The notes beneath the pieces are model-generated. The model saw only the letters and a program-made list of their open reading frames with translations. It searched no databases and was not told the origin of the DNA. A stretch of 64,000 nt of DNA from Lama guanicoe (lineage: Eukaryota). A program made the translations under genes and the position numbers. Shown one piece after another: positions 1 to 40,353 of the stretch. The stretch covers positions 1,304,001-1,368,000 of the forward strand of contig MU054338.1 in NCBI GenBank assembly GCA_013239625.1. Reading direction: 5' to 3'. Every line of letters begins with the position of its first letter. Within the stretch, counting starts at the first letter, position 1.

Positions 1-28672
<28,672 letters not shown>

Positions 28673-29302
28673 CGCGGCGGCTGCCGCCCGGCTCGAGCCC
28701 CGGGAGGCCCGCGGCCGGGAGCCCTGAGGGGGCCCGGTGGCCGAGCTTGCCGCCCGCGAAGCGCTGCGCTGCCGGCCGCCGCGGCGGGGTGGGCTCCCAG
28801 GCCAGGTCGGCGGCGGTCAGTAGGGCAGCGGCGGCGGCGGCGGGGACCGCTCGGCAGGCCGCGTTCCCCTTCCCTCCGGCTCCGCGCCGCGCTGCTTGCA
28901 AATGGCGGACAAGATGGCGGCCAGTCAGCTGACGGCAGGAGCCCCGGCCGGCCGCCCCGCCCCCGGAAGCCCCGCCAGCCTGGAAACCCCGCCCCTCCAC
29001 CGGGACCCCGCGTTTCCCTGACGACGCCAGACCGCCCAATGGAAACGCAGACAACGGCCTCAGTGCCCACTAGGCCGCGCCCCCTCCAGCACAAACCTCT
29101 TTTACCTCATTGGTCAGTGGCCTCTGGAACTCCACCCACTTCCTTGTTCCGGCCTGTAACCACGCCTGCTAGGAGGCACCCTCCCTGCCCTGCTAAGTGA
29201 CAGGTGTGGGCGGGCCTATCTATGGGAGGGCCCTGCTATGGGCGGGGCGCCCACGTGGAGCTTCCAAGGCAAGATTCCTGGTGGGAGAATCCAGCTCCGC
29301 CC

Positions 29303-29380
29303 CTTTTCTTTTCTTTTCTTTTCTTTTCTTTTCTTTTCTTTTCTTTTCTTTTCTTTTCTTTTCTTTTTCTTTTCATTTTC
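29303..29380. repeat. (TTTTC)n microsatellite, probably from the tail of a minus-strand L1 3' end (29380-29535)
   Basis: The pentamer array is visible directly. It is followed by ttacaatgttgtgttagtttctggtgtacagcatagtgattcag, an antisense L1 3' end. Confidence 0.85.
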
Positions 29381-29799
29381 TTTCTTTATTATTTTTAATT
29401 GAAGTAAAGTGATTTACAATGTTGTGTTAGTTTCTGGTGTACAGCATAGTGATTCAGTTACAGATACATATTTCTTTTCATTATAGGTTATCGCAGGACA
29501 TTAATATAGTTCTCTGTGCTCTAACGTAGGGCCTTGTTTATTAGCTCCACCCTTTCTGATTCCAGAAGCTGAGGGTGTCTGAGCATCGCCAAATCCAGCT
29601 CTGCAGCAAATCCATCCTGTGTCTCTGGCATGTTGCACAAAATCCTGTGAGATGAGCAGCACGGGGATTAACGTGCCCACGTGGGGAAACTGAGCCCAGT
29701 CATTCATTCAACGAATATTTATTGAGAGCCTACTATGTGCCAGGCCTGGCAAGTGAATGAGATACGCTTGGTTCCTGCCTTCCCGGATCCACCTTTAAG

Positions 29800-32700
29800 A
29801 GAGTGAAGAATAAGCCACAGACTAGGATAAGATATTAGCAAGACATATATCTGACAAAGGACTTATAGCCACAATATAGTTAAACAGTAAATAAAACAGA
29901 ACCAAACAAAAATTCCTACAAATTACAAAGAAAAAGACAACCCAGTTAAAATGTGGCAAAAGATTGTGAATACACACTTCACCAAAGAAGACACTCAAAT
30001 GGTAGAGTGTGTGCTCAGCATGCACAAGGTCCTGGGTTCAATCCCCAGCACCTCCTCTAAAAATAAATAAGCATAATTACCTCCCTCCCTGCTAAAATAA
30101 AAATAACTAAATAATACAATGATAAATAAACCTAGTTACCCCTTCAAAAAAACACACTGAGATATTTCTGTAACCCCTTAAGAAAGGCTAAAATTAGAAA
30201 GATTGATGATATCAAGTATTACAAAGATATGGAGCTCTTCTCTTTTACCCTTCAGGTGGGAACATAAAACCACACAGCTACATTGGAAGCCTGTCTGACC
30301 GTATCTTTTAAAGTTAATATATGTATGCCCTCTGACCCAGCAACTCCATCACTGTCCTCAACAAAAATGCATAAATTCATCCACCGAAGACTTGGACAAG
30401 AATGTTCACAGTAGCTGTCTTTGTATGAGCCAAAAACTCAAAATGACTGACATGTCCATCAACAAAAAATGGATATGTAATTAGTGGTCTACCCAAAACA
30501 CAGAATACCGTGCAGCATTAGAACAAAATACTAAGACACAGAACCAAATGCATGAATTACACAGACACAATGTTGACCATAATAAGCCAAATACAAGAGT
30601 GTACACAGCATGATTCTATAACGTGATGTTCAATTGCAGGCAAGATTAACCTATGGTGATGGACAAAGTAACTCATCATAGGTTACACACCATACCAGAG
30701 CGAACTGGAAACTGCAGAAATAAATTCTGGCATATCCATGCAGTGGATTCCTGACCAGCTGTTTAAGAGAATGCAGTAGGTAGGTAACTCTATGGCAATT
30801 GCCCTCCCACTTTCAACAGCTGGACAAAACATATGAAACAATGGTTTTCAGAGAGCATACAGTGCAGAGAGAAGGGACACAAACAAGATGAGCCCTACAG
30901 CTGCCCCAGAATTCTGCCTGTAGGTGATTCCCAGGCTGCAGGTCAGGGAGAGGAAACCTAAGCAGAACACAGAGGGTTTGTGGATTGAGGGAACAGAGAT
31001 GGAAGACTGCTAGACTGGGAGATGAGGGGAGACAAGGTAGCTAGAATTTGGAGGGCAGAGTTCTGGAGAGCAGGGACCTATTCTGAGAAAGCACTCAAGT
31101 TTTCATAGGGTTCCTCTTGAGTCTTTGGATGAATGTCAGACAGCGCATGCATAAGAGGCCAGATAAAGAACGATGCTGGGGGAAGGGACAATCACTGAGC
31201 ACTCACATAACGTGGGACTGCTTGGAGAACCTACCAGCAAAGGTGGAGAGAATTCATTGAGTATGTGGGGCGTTCTGCAGAAACCTCAGAAGACTCACGC
31301 CTCATTGCAGGGCTAAGCTAGCCCTAGAGTGAAATCTATTCCCAGTATTTTAAGTGGGTGACAGATTGGATCAGTAGACACTTCCCCAGAGAAGATCCTG
31401 AATGACCAACAAGCACATGAAGAGATACTTAACATAATTAGTTATTAAGGAAATGCTCCCCAGTGGGATACCACAGTATATGTATCAGAGAGATTAAATG
31501 AAAAAGTCTATTAACACCAAGAATTGGTGAAGATGAGAGCAATTGGAACTTTGATGCATGGCTGGAATAAATGCAAAACGGGACAATCACTTTGGAAAAC
31601 AGTTTGGCAATTTGTTACAAAGTTAAAAATACATTTTCCATGTGATTTGGCCATTCTACTTTGGAGTATTTACCGAAGAGAAAGAAAACCTATTTCCAAA
31701 CAGACTTGTATGCAAATGATCATATCACCTTTATTTACAAAAACCTCAAACTGGAAACAATTCAAATATCTATCAACAGGTGAATGGATTCAAAAAACAA
31801 CACAAAAACTGTGTTATATCCATCCAGTGGAATAATACTCAACAACAAAAAGAGTGGAAACTCTGGTACACCTAACAACTTGGACGAATCTCAAAAGCTT
31901 CATACAAAGGGAAAGAGGCCAAACTCAAAACTCTACATGGTGTATGATTCCACTCTACAAAATTTTACAAAAAGGAAAACAACACTGATAGAAAACGTAA
32001 CAATGGTGGCCTAGAGGCAGGAGTGAGGGGAGTGTTGACTGCAGAGGGAGATAAGAACTTTGGGGTGGTGGAAATGTTCTGTAGTGTGTTCGTGATATAG
32101 TTACACAACCATTAAAAAAATTGCCAAAGCTTATCAAACCATAACCTAACAAGAAGTGAATTTAATGGCATGAAAGTATGCTTCAATAAAGCTGAGGGGG
32201 AAGTGCTATAAGTGGGGAAAAGGTGGAAAAAGATATACCATCCAAACACTAATCATAAGCAAGCTGGACTGGCTACGTTTCTATCAGGAAAGAACAGAAT
32301 TCAAAACAAGAAATATTACTACAGACAAAGAAGGGCATTACACAATGTTGGAGGAGTCAGTTCATCCAGAGGACATTGTAATCCTAAACACATAGGCCCC
32401 TAACAACGAGGTTCAAAATACACAAAGCAAAATTTGATAAAACTGAAAAGACAAAAGAGTCAAATTCACATTGATGGTTAGAGATTTCAACATCCCTTTC
32501 TCAATAATTAGTAGAATAAGTAGAAAATCAGTAAGGATATGGAAGACTCGAACAACACTATCAGCCGACCTGGTGTTTACAGAGCACTCTGCCCCAAAAC
32601 AGCAGTATGTACATTCTCTTCAAGTGCACGTGGAATATTCATCAAGATGGAGAGATAATATACTAGGTCATGAAATAAAAAGATTGAAATCATACAGAAG

Positions 32701-32800
32701 ATGTTTCCTGACCACAGTGGAATTAAATTAGAAATCATTAACATAAAGGTGTCTGGAAAACCGAAAATATCCCTTTGTAATTAATACCTCAGGGGAGATA
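29800..32800 (+). mobile_element. Cluster of old L1 (L1M-type) fragments
   Basis: AT-rich degenerate ORF2-end, 3'UTR and endonuclease-region motifs (ctttggaaaacagtttggca, gacccagcaactcca, aaatatctatcaacaggtgaatgga, gagatttcaacatccctttctcaata). Confidence 0.8.
29995..30152 (+). mobile_element. 5'-truncated tRNA-derived SINE inserted in an L1 fragment
   Basis: ggtagagtgtgtgctcagcatgcacaaggtcctgggttcaatcccc followed by a duplicated tail motif. Confidence 0.8.
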
Positions 32801-33134
32801 GTTTGGAAGTGTTTAACATCTGGCTTCTCCTTGTATTTTGCTGTTAGATTTTAGTGTCTGTTGTATCTATTGGTTTCAGACTTGCTGGGACACTGCATAC
32901 ATTCTGGCTTTCGAATCTCATGGCCTTCTCCAAAACTCCTCAACCCCAGGCCCCATATCCCCTACCTGGAGGAAGCCACTGTTAATTAGGGGATGTCTTC
33001 TTCCAGACCATTCTCTTTGCATTAGCACAGTTTAGTCTCTCCCTGTTCTATTTATGGGTAACTGCATTTTCATATAAATGGGATCCACACTCTTGTCTTG
33101 TTTGCCTTCACTTATCTATACGTCTTGGACGCTG

Positions 33135-33582
33135 TGGTCACCGGGATAACAGCCCTCAAATATGCCCACATCCTGGTCCTGGGACCTGTGGATGTGTCAC
33201 CTCACAGGGGAGAGGGGACTTTGCAGGTGGGATTAAGTTAAGGCGCTGGGATGAGGGTGACCCTGGATTCCCAGGAGGTCCCATGTCATCACAGGGTCCT
33301 CATCAGAGGGAGGTGGGAGGTCAGTCAGAGAGAAATGGGAAATGCTGCGCTGCTGGCGGTGAGGATGGAGGGAGGGGCCGAGAGCCAGGGATGCGGGGCC
33401 TCTAGAAGCTGGAGAAGGCAGGACTTGATTCTTCCCTGGAGCCTCCGGAGGGACCAGCCCTGCCCACACCTGGGTTGAGCCCAGGTCAGACATGTGCCTT
33501 CAGAACTGTGCGAGGGTATTACATACTGTTTTAAACCACTACGTTCGTGTGAATTCATTGCAGCAGCAATTCAGTCCCATAC
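33135..33582 (+). mobile_element. MLT1 (MaLR) LTR
   Basis: ggggactttgcaggtgggattaagttaagg, gcctctagaagctggagaagg, ttcagaactgtg and ttttaaaccactacgtt. Confidence 0.8.
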
Positions 33583-34191
33583 AGATGGTTTTCTGCAATG
33601 GTTTGTGAGGCTGTCTGGTTTTCCGGTTTCACTGCTGTACTGACATTTTCTTACTTAACGTCTGGGTGCAAAAATAAGTTGTCTCCATGTTTCCCGCTTA
33701 CCACCGTTGTGGTATCACGACACAAGGGTGAGGGCTGTTCTGGGCAGAGGGGAAAGGAAAGCAAAGGCGGGAGGTGCTGAGCATCCTGGCAGGTCTGAGG
33801 CCACTCTGTGTGTCAGGGAAGAAGGGGGCAAGAGGGGGGTCTGGGAGGGCAGCAGGGAAGAGGCTCTGGGTCCTGCAAAGAGGCATTGGGGGGGCAGGGT
33901 TTGTCCCCCTTGCCAAGCGCCATCAAGGCGGCACAAAGTCTCCTTCCTCCTTCATCCCAGACCCTCAGTGCAGGATTTGGCATGTGATACAAGTCTGTGC
34001 TGGATGGATGGGCATTTAGATGAGTGGCGCATTCGTTCCAGCCTGGCCGTCTAGGGCAGTGCCACCCCGTGGGGTCTCTGAGCCCTGCTCTCCACCTGCC
34101 CTTTCCGGTGTGGCAGCCACTTGAAATGTGGCCGGGGGACAGAGAAACTGAATTTGAAACCTTACTTAAAATAGAATATGATATTATTTAA

Positions 34192-34333
34192 TTTTTTATT
34201 TGGCTTTTTTTGGGGGGTGGGGAGAGGAAGTAATTAGGTTTATTTATTTATTTAATGGAAGTACTGGGCGCTGAACCCAGGACCTCGTGCCTGCTAAGAA
34301 GACGCTGTACCACTGAGGTATGCCCTCCCCCTC
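34192..34333 (-). mobile_element. tRNA-derived SINE with ~20-bp TSD
   Basis: Reverse copy of the same family, flanked by aaaatagaatat(g)at(a)ttatttaa on both sides. Confidence 0.85.
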
Positions 34334-34354
34334 AAAATAGAATATATTATTTAA

Positions 34355-35550
34355 AAAAAAACAGACAACAACAAGAGTTGGCAAGGATGTGAACAAATCA
34401 GAACCATCGTGCACAGCAGGTGGGGATGAAAATGACACAGCCGTGGTGGAGCACTCCTCAAACAGTTAAGCGTAAACTCCCCATATGACCCAGTGGGACC
34501 CAGTCCCGCTCCTGGTACGGACCCAGGAGAATCAAAAGCAAGGACAGGAAGAGACGTTTGCACACCTGTGTCCACAGCGGCATGACTCACAGCAGCTTAA
34601 GGTGGAAACACCCGAAGTGTCCATAGACGGGTGAATATGCCAGCAGAGTGTGGAGCATCCCTGTAATGAAGCACCACTCAGCCTCAGAAAGAAGGCGGTT
34701 CCGGCACCTGCTGCAGCGTGGATGGACCTTGAGGACGTGGAGCTCAGCGGGAGAACCCAGCACAGAAGGACACGCACTGTCTGAGCCCACTCACAAGAGG
34801 TCCCTGGAGGACTCAGATCCACAGAGACAGAGAGCAGACGGTGGGGCCAGGGCTGGGGGAGGGGCTGGGGAGTCAGTGTTTCATGGGGACAGAGTTTTCA
34901 GTTTGGGAAGATGAGAAAGCTCTGGAGACAGTGGTGGAGATGGCTGCACAACAGTGTGAATGTGCTTAATGCCACTGAGCTGTGCTCTTACAAACGGTTA
35001 AGATGGTAAATTTTATGTTTATGTATATTTTACCACATTACAAATTAATGCGTAAAAGTCTACAATGAATAAAATATCAACATGTTACTTGAAGACAGGC
35101 TCTGTACCTGCACTTGACCAATTCACCTCCTCTCCTCCCCCAATCCCAGCCATGTGAGAGGGTGGTGAATGGACACACAAATGTGTCCCTTCACACAGGG
35201 GAGCATTGCTCGGCCATGAAAAGGAGAGAAGCCCTGACACTTGCTACCACGTGGACGGACCCTGAGAGCACGACGCTCAGGGAGAGAAGCAGACACAGAA
35301 GGACACGCAGTGTGTGAGTCCATGGATGTGAAACGTCCAGAACAGGCCAGTCCCCAGACACAGGGATGGGGGCTCCTGGCTGTCAGGGGCTGGGGAGGGG
35401 GATGGGAGGGTGATTATCAACGGGGACAGGGCTTCTTTTTGGGATGTTCTGGAATTAGAGATGCTGGTGGCACAACTGTGAGAATGTACTAAATACCGCT
35501 GAATTGTACACTTTACAGACTGAATTATATGGTACATAAACTGTATCTCA
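34355..35550 (+). mobile_element. L1MB-type 3' end fragments
   Basis: ggatggaccttgagga, ggggacagagttttcagtttgggaagatgagaaag and aatgtgcttaatgccactgagctgt. Confidence 0.8.
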
Positions 35551-35575
35551 AAAACCTCATTTAAAAAAATGACAG

Positions 35576-35660
35576 GCAGGTGGGTATAGCTCAGTGTTAG
35601 AGCGTGTGCTTAGCATATAAAAGGTCCTGGGTTCAGTCCCCAGTACCTCCATTAAAGAAA
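35576..35660 (+). mobile_element. tRNA-derived SINE (short form)
   Basis: gggtatagctcagtgttagagcgtgtgcttagcat...ggttcagtccccagtacctcc, flanked by A-rich/tgaca direct repeats. Confidence 0.8.
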
Positions 35661-37351
35661 AAAGTGACAAACTTATTTCCCATACAGCTGGGCTGTGTTG
35701 GTGGTGTGTGTTTGATGACTGACTAAACAAAGGCGTGAACGCGTGACTAGATGGGATGACACAAAAGCAGTCCATACTTATCAAGTGGTTGTTTAACCCG
35801 GATTAACTCCTTCTGACCTTACTGCCCCCCTGGGAGGAAATGACCCCACTTTCCAGATGAGGAAGCTGAGCCAGCAGAGCCTGGCTTCCCCTCAGCGGTG
35901 TCGTCCTCCTCTGGGAAGCCCTTCCTTGACGGCCCTGGGCTCCGCAGGGGCGTGGCTGTTTAGCTAAGGATGGCTGACCAGACCCAAGACCAAAGGCAAG
36001 GTGACCACGTTCTGTGGGAGTTTTCACCCCCGAGACCCTCTTTTCTGAGGCTGAGAGACAGGAAGCAATGCTCCCAGGGTCACTGTGGCCAGCCTGGAGG
36101 TGGCGCCATGCTGGTGGGGGTGGGGCTGCCCCCAGGGCCAATGCCTGGTCCTGCTCCAAGGCAGGGGTGTGCCCAGCCGGGATCTCCAGCGAGGCCTCCT
36201 CCCCCTCCCACTGCAACCAGTGAGCTGATTGGCCTACCCTGTGGCCTCTGGACACCTGTTGCTGTCTGTCGTGGGGCCACCCTCCTCATGATCCATCCTG
36301 TGCACCAGGCCCAACGCCGCAGCAGTGAGGTAAGATAGGCAGGGGGCGGCCTGGACAGAGGGGGTCCCTGGGGTCTGGGAGGGCATCCCTGAGGTCCACG
36401 GGGATCCCCAGCTCCGGTGGATGCCCCCAAAGACACCTAGAGGCATTGCTCCCCTGCCCATTGGGCCCCTCCCCCATGGCCTGCTCTGGCCCCAGGGAAG
36501 GGTCCTCTTTCTGCCCAGGGATGGGTCACACTGACACTGGAGCTAGAGGCACTGGTGACCCAGAAACGCAAGGCTGTGGGGGCCAACAGACAGGTTTGAC
36601 TCAAGCTCTGCACAACCTCTGGCTCCAGCTCTAGTCTCAGTTTCTTCATCTGTGAGATGGAAGCAGAGACAGTCAGAGGGGCGGGGACCCCAGCTTTGGG
36701 ATTGGGAGGTCTGGGATCCCCTGCCCCTGTCCCTGCCTGTCACGGCCAGAGTGAGGCTGATCCTGGCTGCTAGGGCTTGAGCTCCTAGACTTAGGGGGTC
36801 CGGGGGGAGTGTGGGTGCCGGGAATGGCCAGTGAGGATGGTCCAGAGGGAGACCCCAGGTGGGGGCAAAGGCCTGGGAGGGGCTGGGCCCCATGTTGGCC
36901 TGTCCTGCTGGCCTCAGGCACCAGATAAAAATAGTCCCTGGTCTCAGAGAACATGAGCCGACCCTGGGGCCAAGGGTTCTGGTTTGGGCTCCTTGCTCAT
37001 CTCTGTGACCACGCGCAGGACCCAGCCCTCCCTGGGGCCCCAGCAGCCTCCCCATCATGAAAGCTCAGGGATGCTGGGGCCCCAAGGAGGCTGGCCTATC
37101 AGGAGGGGTCCTGGGGGGGTCAGGGAGAGTGCCTGGCAGAGGCTGCTGGCCTTGCCTTGCCTGAGTATGAATTTACCAAGTGAATGGGGCTCCAGGCAGG
37201 GGGCCAAGCAAGGCCTGTTGGGAGGGGCAGGTCGGGAGCCCCCTCTCCCCAGGTCAGGCCCAGGCCCATAGCAGGAGCTCAGCAAACGCAGGCCACCTCT
37301 TCCCCGTTCCCTCCAGCCTGACTCTGGACCTGCTGTTTCTCAGACGTCTCC

Positions 37352-40031
37352 ATGACAACCAGGGCCCTGGAGGAGCTGGATGGAGGCCTGGGCAGCTGCC
37401 AAGTGGACGAGGGCCTCTCTGCCCTGGCTGACCCCTGCCCAGGCCAGCCGCGGGAGGACAGGGCTCCAGGTACCCCAGAGGGCGCCACAGAATGCAGCCC
37501 ACTTTCTGTTGAGCCAGGTGGCTCACCTTCAGAGACCAGGCCTTGGACCCCCACCTTAGACTGGCTTAAACCGTGCTCTCCATTTCCACGCTCCGTGTCC
37601 ATTAAAGTCTTGGGGGTTCATAAGGAGCCCAAAGAACACAGGTGCTGGGCCGCAGAGGTCAGGTTTAGAATCCCAGCTTGTCAGTGAAGTGCCGTGCACC
37701 TGTGTGCAAGTCTCAGTCTTTCTACTTTCAAATCTGTAAAACGGGAGCAGTTACCCAGCCCTCACCCAGCAGAACCCGGGGCAGGGTGGGGTCAGTCCGA
37801 GGGTTCCCACGACCTTCACTCTCCCTCTTTTCCCACCAACAGTGACACCCAGTCCGGCCGACTCCAACAGCTGGCCTCAGGTGAGTAGCCTGGGCCCTTG
37901 GGGTTCAGCCCAGGGTGCCCCTGGAGGACAGGATGTGCTGGCACTGACGGTGGATGTCTGCAGCCCATGGGAAGGGTTTGGTCTCCCTCGGAGGAAAGAC
38001 TGGAAGGAAACTGCCAGGATGACATGTCGCTCTGCATAGGATTCTCAGGAGCCTGTAGCTGAGGGCAGCCCCGCAGGCGGTGTGGATGCCAGGCCCAAGA
38101 AGACAGAAAAGGAACCGGTGGCCAAAGTGGCCTCAGGACACGGGAAGGAGAGGCTGAAAACAGGAGCAAGTGGGTTTGCCGGAGACAGGGGTGAGGCGGG
38201 AGGTGGGCTTGGACCAGTATTGGGTTGGGGGTCGATCCTGGGCCGGGTCCTTAGATGGGGAGTCAATACCGTGCACGGGGCTCCTGGTGGAGTGACGTAA
38301 CGAAACGGGCTGTGAGCCTCTGTAATTCATGCTAACACCAGCTCAGGTGCTACTAAGCTTCAGCTAGTTATCTTCTAGAATATTTCCGGTATCCCAGCGG
38401 AGGTGCCAAGCCGGCAGAGTTTAGCTCCTCCGCGCGGGGCCGCACAGCCGGGCAGGGCGGGGCCGAGCGCAGCCGGGGATCCGCCCCAGGCAGCCCGCGC
38501 CCATCCCGCACCCGCTCCCGCAGCCCCCCGGAGCCCCGCGCGGAAGAAGACGCAGGCCGTGCCGCCCCCGCAGCCGCCGCCGCCGCCCCCGGCCCTGAGC
38601 GAGGAGCTGCCCTGGGGAGAGCTGTCACTCAGCAAGTGCCTGGTGCTCGCCTCGCTCGTGGCGCTGCTGGGCTCCGCCTTCCAGCTGTGCCGCGGTGAGC
38701 TGCGCCCCACGCGTGGCTGCTTCCGGGGGGCCGGTCTGTGCGCCTCCCCTTCAGAGTTGGGTCTTGGACCCCCACCCCAGGCAGTGCGCGCCCCCTGCCC
38801 CCTAGTATGGACCTTGGGACCCGCCCCCTGCACTTCCTGCTCCGGCCTTGTGCGCCCCCAGGGTGGCGTCTGAGATCCTCTATCCAGGACCGGCTTTGAG
38901 CCTCGCCCGCGTCCCCACCACGGACCTTCCACGGAGCCCTTCCCGTCTCAGTAGGGACCTTGGTGCACCTCCCTCCCTGAGAAGAGGCCCTCAGCCCCAC
39001 CCCTACCGGCCTTGCATGCCCAGGATGGGCTGTGTGCACCCCCACTCGGTAGTGTGCCGCTTTCCTTGCGCCGTGGCGCTCCTACCGCCCTCGGAGAAAC
39101 GGGGAGCATCCTTTTGCTACCTGAATGAGGGAGCTTTGAAGGAAAGGCTTCCGCCGTAGAGGAGACCCGGAGCCCCTTCCCAGGGCTCGGACGGATTCGG
39201 CCCAGCCTCAGGGTACCTGGTGGAGTCTGGCTTGGCTGAGCCCTCCTGCCTGTCCCCAGGAAGAGGGGGCTCTAGGGGAAAGGGCTGGGATGGACCGTGT
39301 GGTCGGCTCTGCGGCTCAGGCTGACTCACATCCCCTCCTGGCCCTTCCCAGAGGCTATGGCTGGGGAAGCGGAAGCCCCTGTGCCTGTCCTTGAACCGTG
39401 GGTCCCGCCAAGCTCAGCCCCGAAGGGTCCTGCATCGGCCCTGGTAAGCACTTACTTCAAGTGACCCGTCAGTGGGGCTCTCATTGGGGGAAGGGGCCTG
39501 GGCCCCCGTGGAATTCTGCTCTGACCCCACCACCCCACACTGTCCGCATTGCAGCCAAAGCCCGTGACCTGGGCTCCCCCACTGGGACCGCCTGCGCCCC
39601 AGATGAAGGTAGAGGAAAGGGCCAAGGTTCCCGGGAGCAGGGAGGCTGCAGGGAAGGACAAAGGGGAGTCTGAGGAGGCTGCTGGGGAGGAGCCCGCGCC
39701 CCTTGCAGACCGAGGGCCCAAGGGGAGGTTGAAGGAGAGGCCGAAGAAGGAAGAGAGGCCGCGGAAGGAGAGGCCTCAGAAAGAACAGAGGCCAAGAAGG
39801 GAGAAGAGACCACGGAGGGAGAAGCTACGGAAAGAGGAGAGGCCACGGGCTGCCGGGGAGCCCCGGAGAGCCCTACCGCGGCATTGGGAGGCACGCGAAG
39901 GGGGCCACCGGCCGTGGGCGCGAGACTCCGGAGACCCGGAGTACAGGAAGAAGCAGGCCTGGGCCTCGCCGGACGAGGAGGGCCGGCCTCCGGGCCGCCG
40001 GAAGCACCGCGCAGGCAAGGGGCGGGACTGA
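37352..40031 (+). CDS. JSRP1: Junctional sarcoplasmic reticulum protein 1 (JP-45), 341 aa
   Basis: Exons 37352-37469, 37843-37880, 38040-38169, 38524-38694, 39352-39443, 39555-40031 (1026 nt). Translation MTTRALEELDGGLGSCQ...EELPWGELSLSKCLVLASLVALLGSAFQLCR...RKHRAGKGRD*. AATAAA at 40095-40100. Confidence 0.95.
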
Positions 40032-40353
40032 GCCAAGTCTGGCCCCACCCGGGAGTTCCTGGGCCTCCGCTCGCCCGTCCCGTGGTTACAGCAAAATAAA
40101 GTCAGTGCCGGGCCCCCTTCATTGTTTGCTCTTTTGCGCCCGGACCCCAGAACCCGCCCGGGGCGTGAGTAACAGGGGCTGGGAGCTTCAGGTGGGGGCG
40201 GGGGCAAGAGGGCGGCGGGGCTGACAACTGGCGGAAGGAGGCCCTGGCCTGTCTCCAGACACCAGCCACCCCAGCCACGTGCTTTCTGCTCTTTACTGGG
40301 CTGATGAAGGGCTCCAGATAAATACGGGCCAGTGCGCCACTTGGGGCGCAGGG

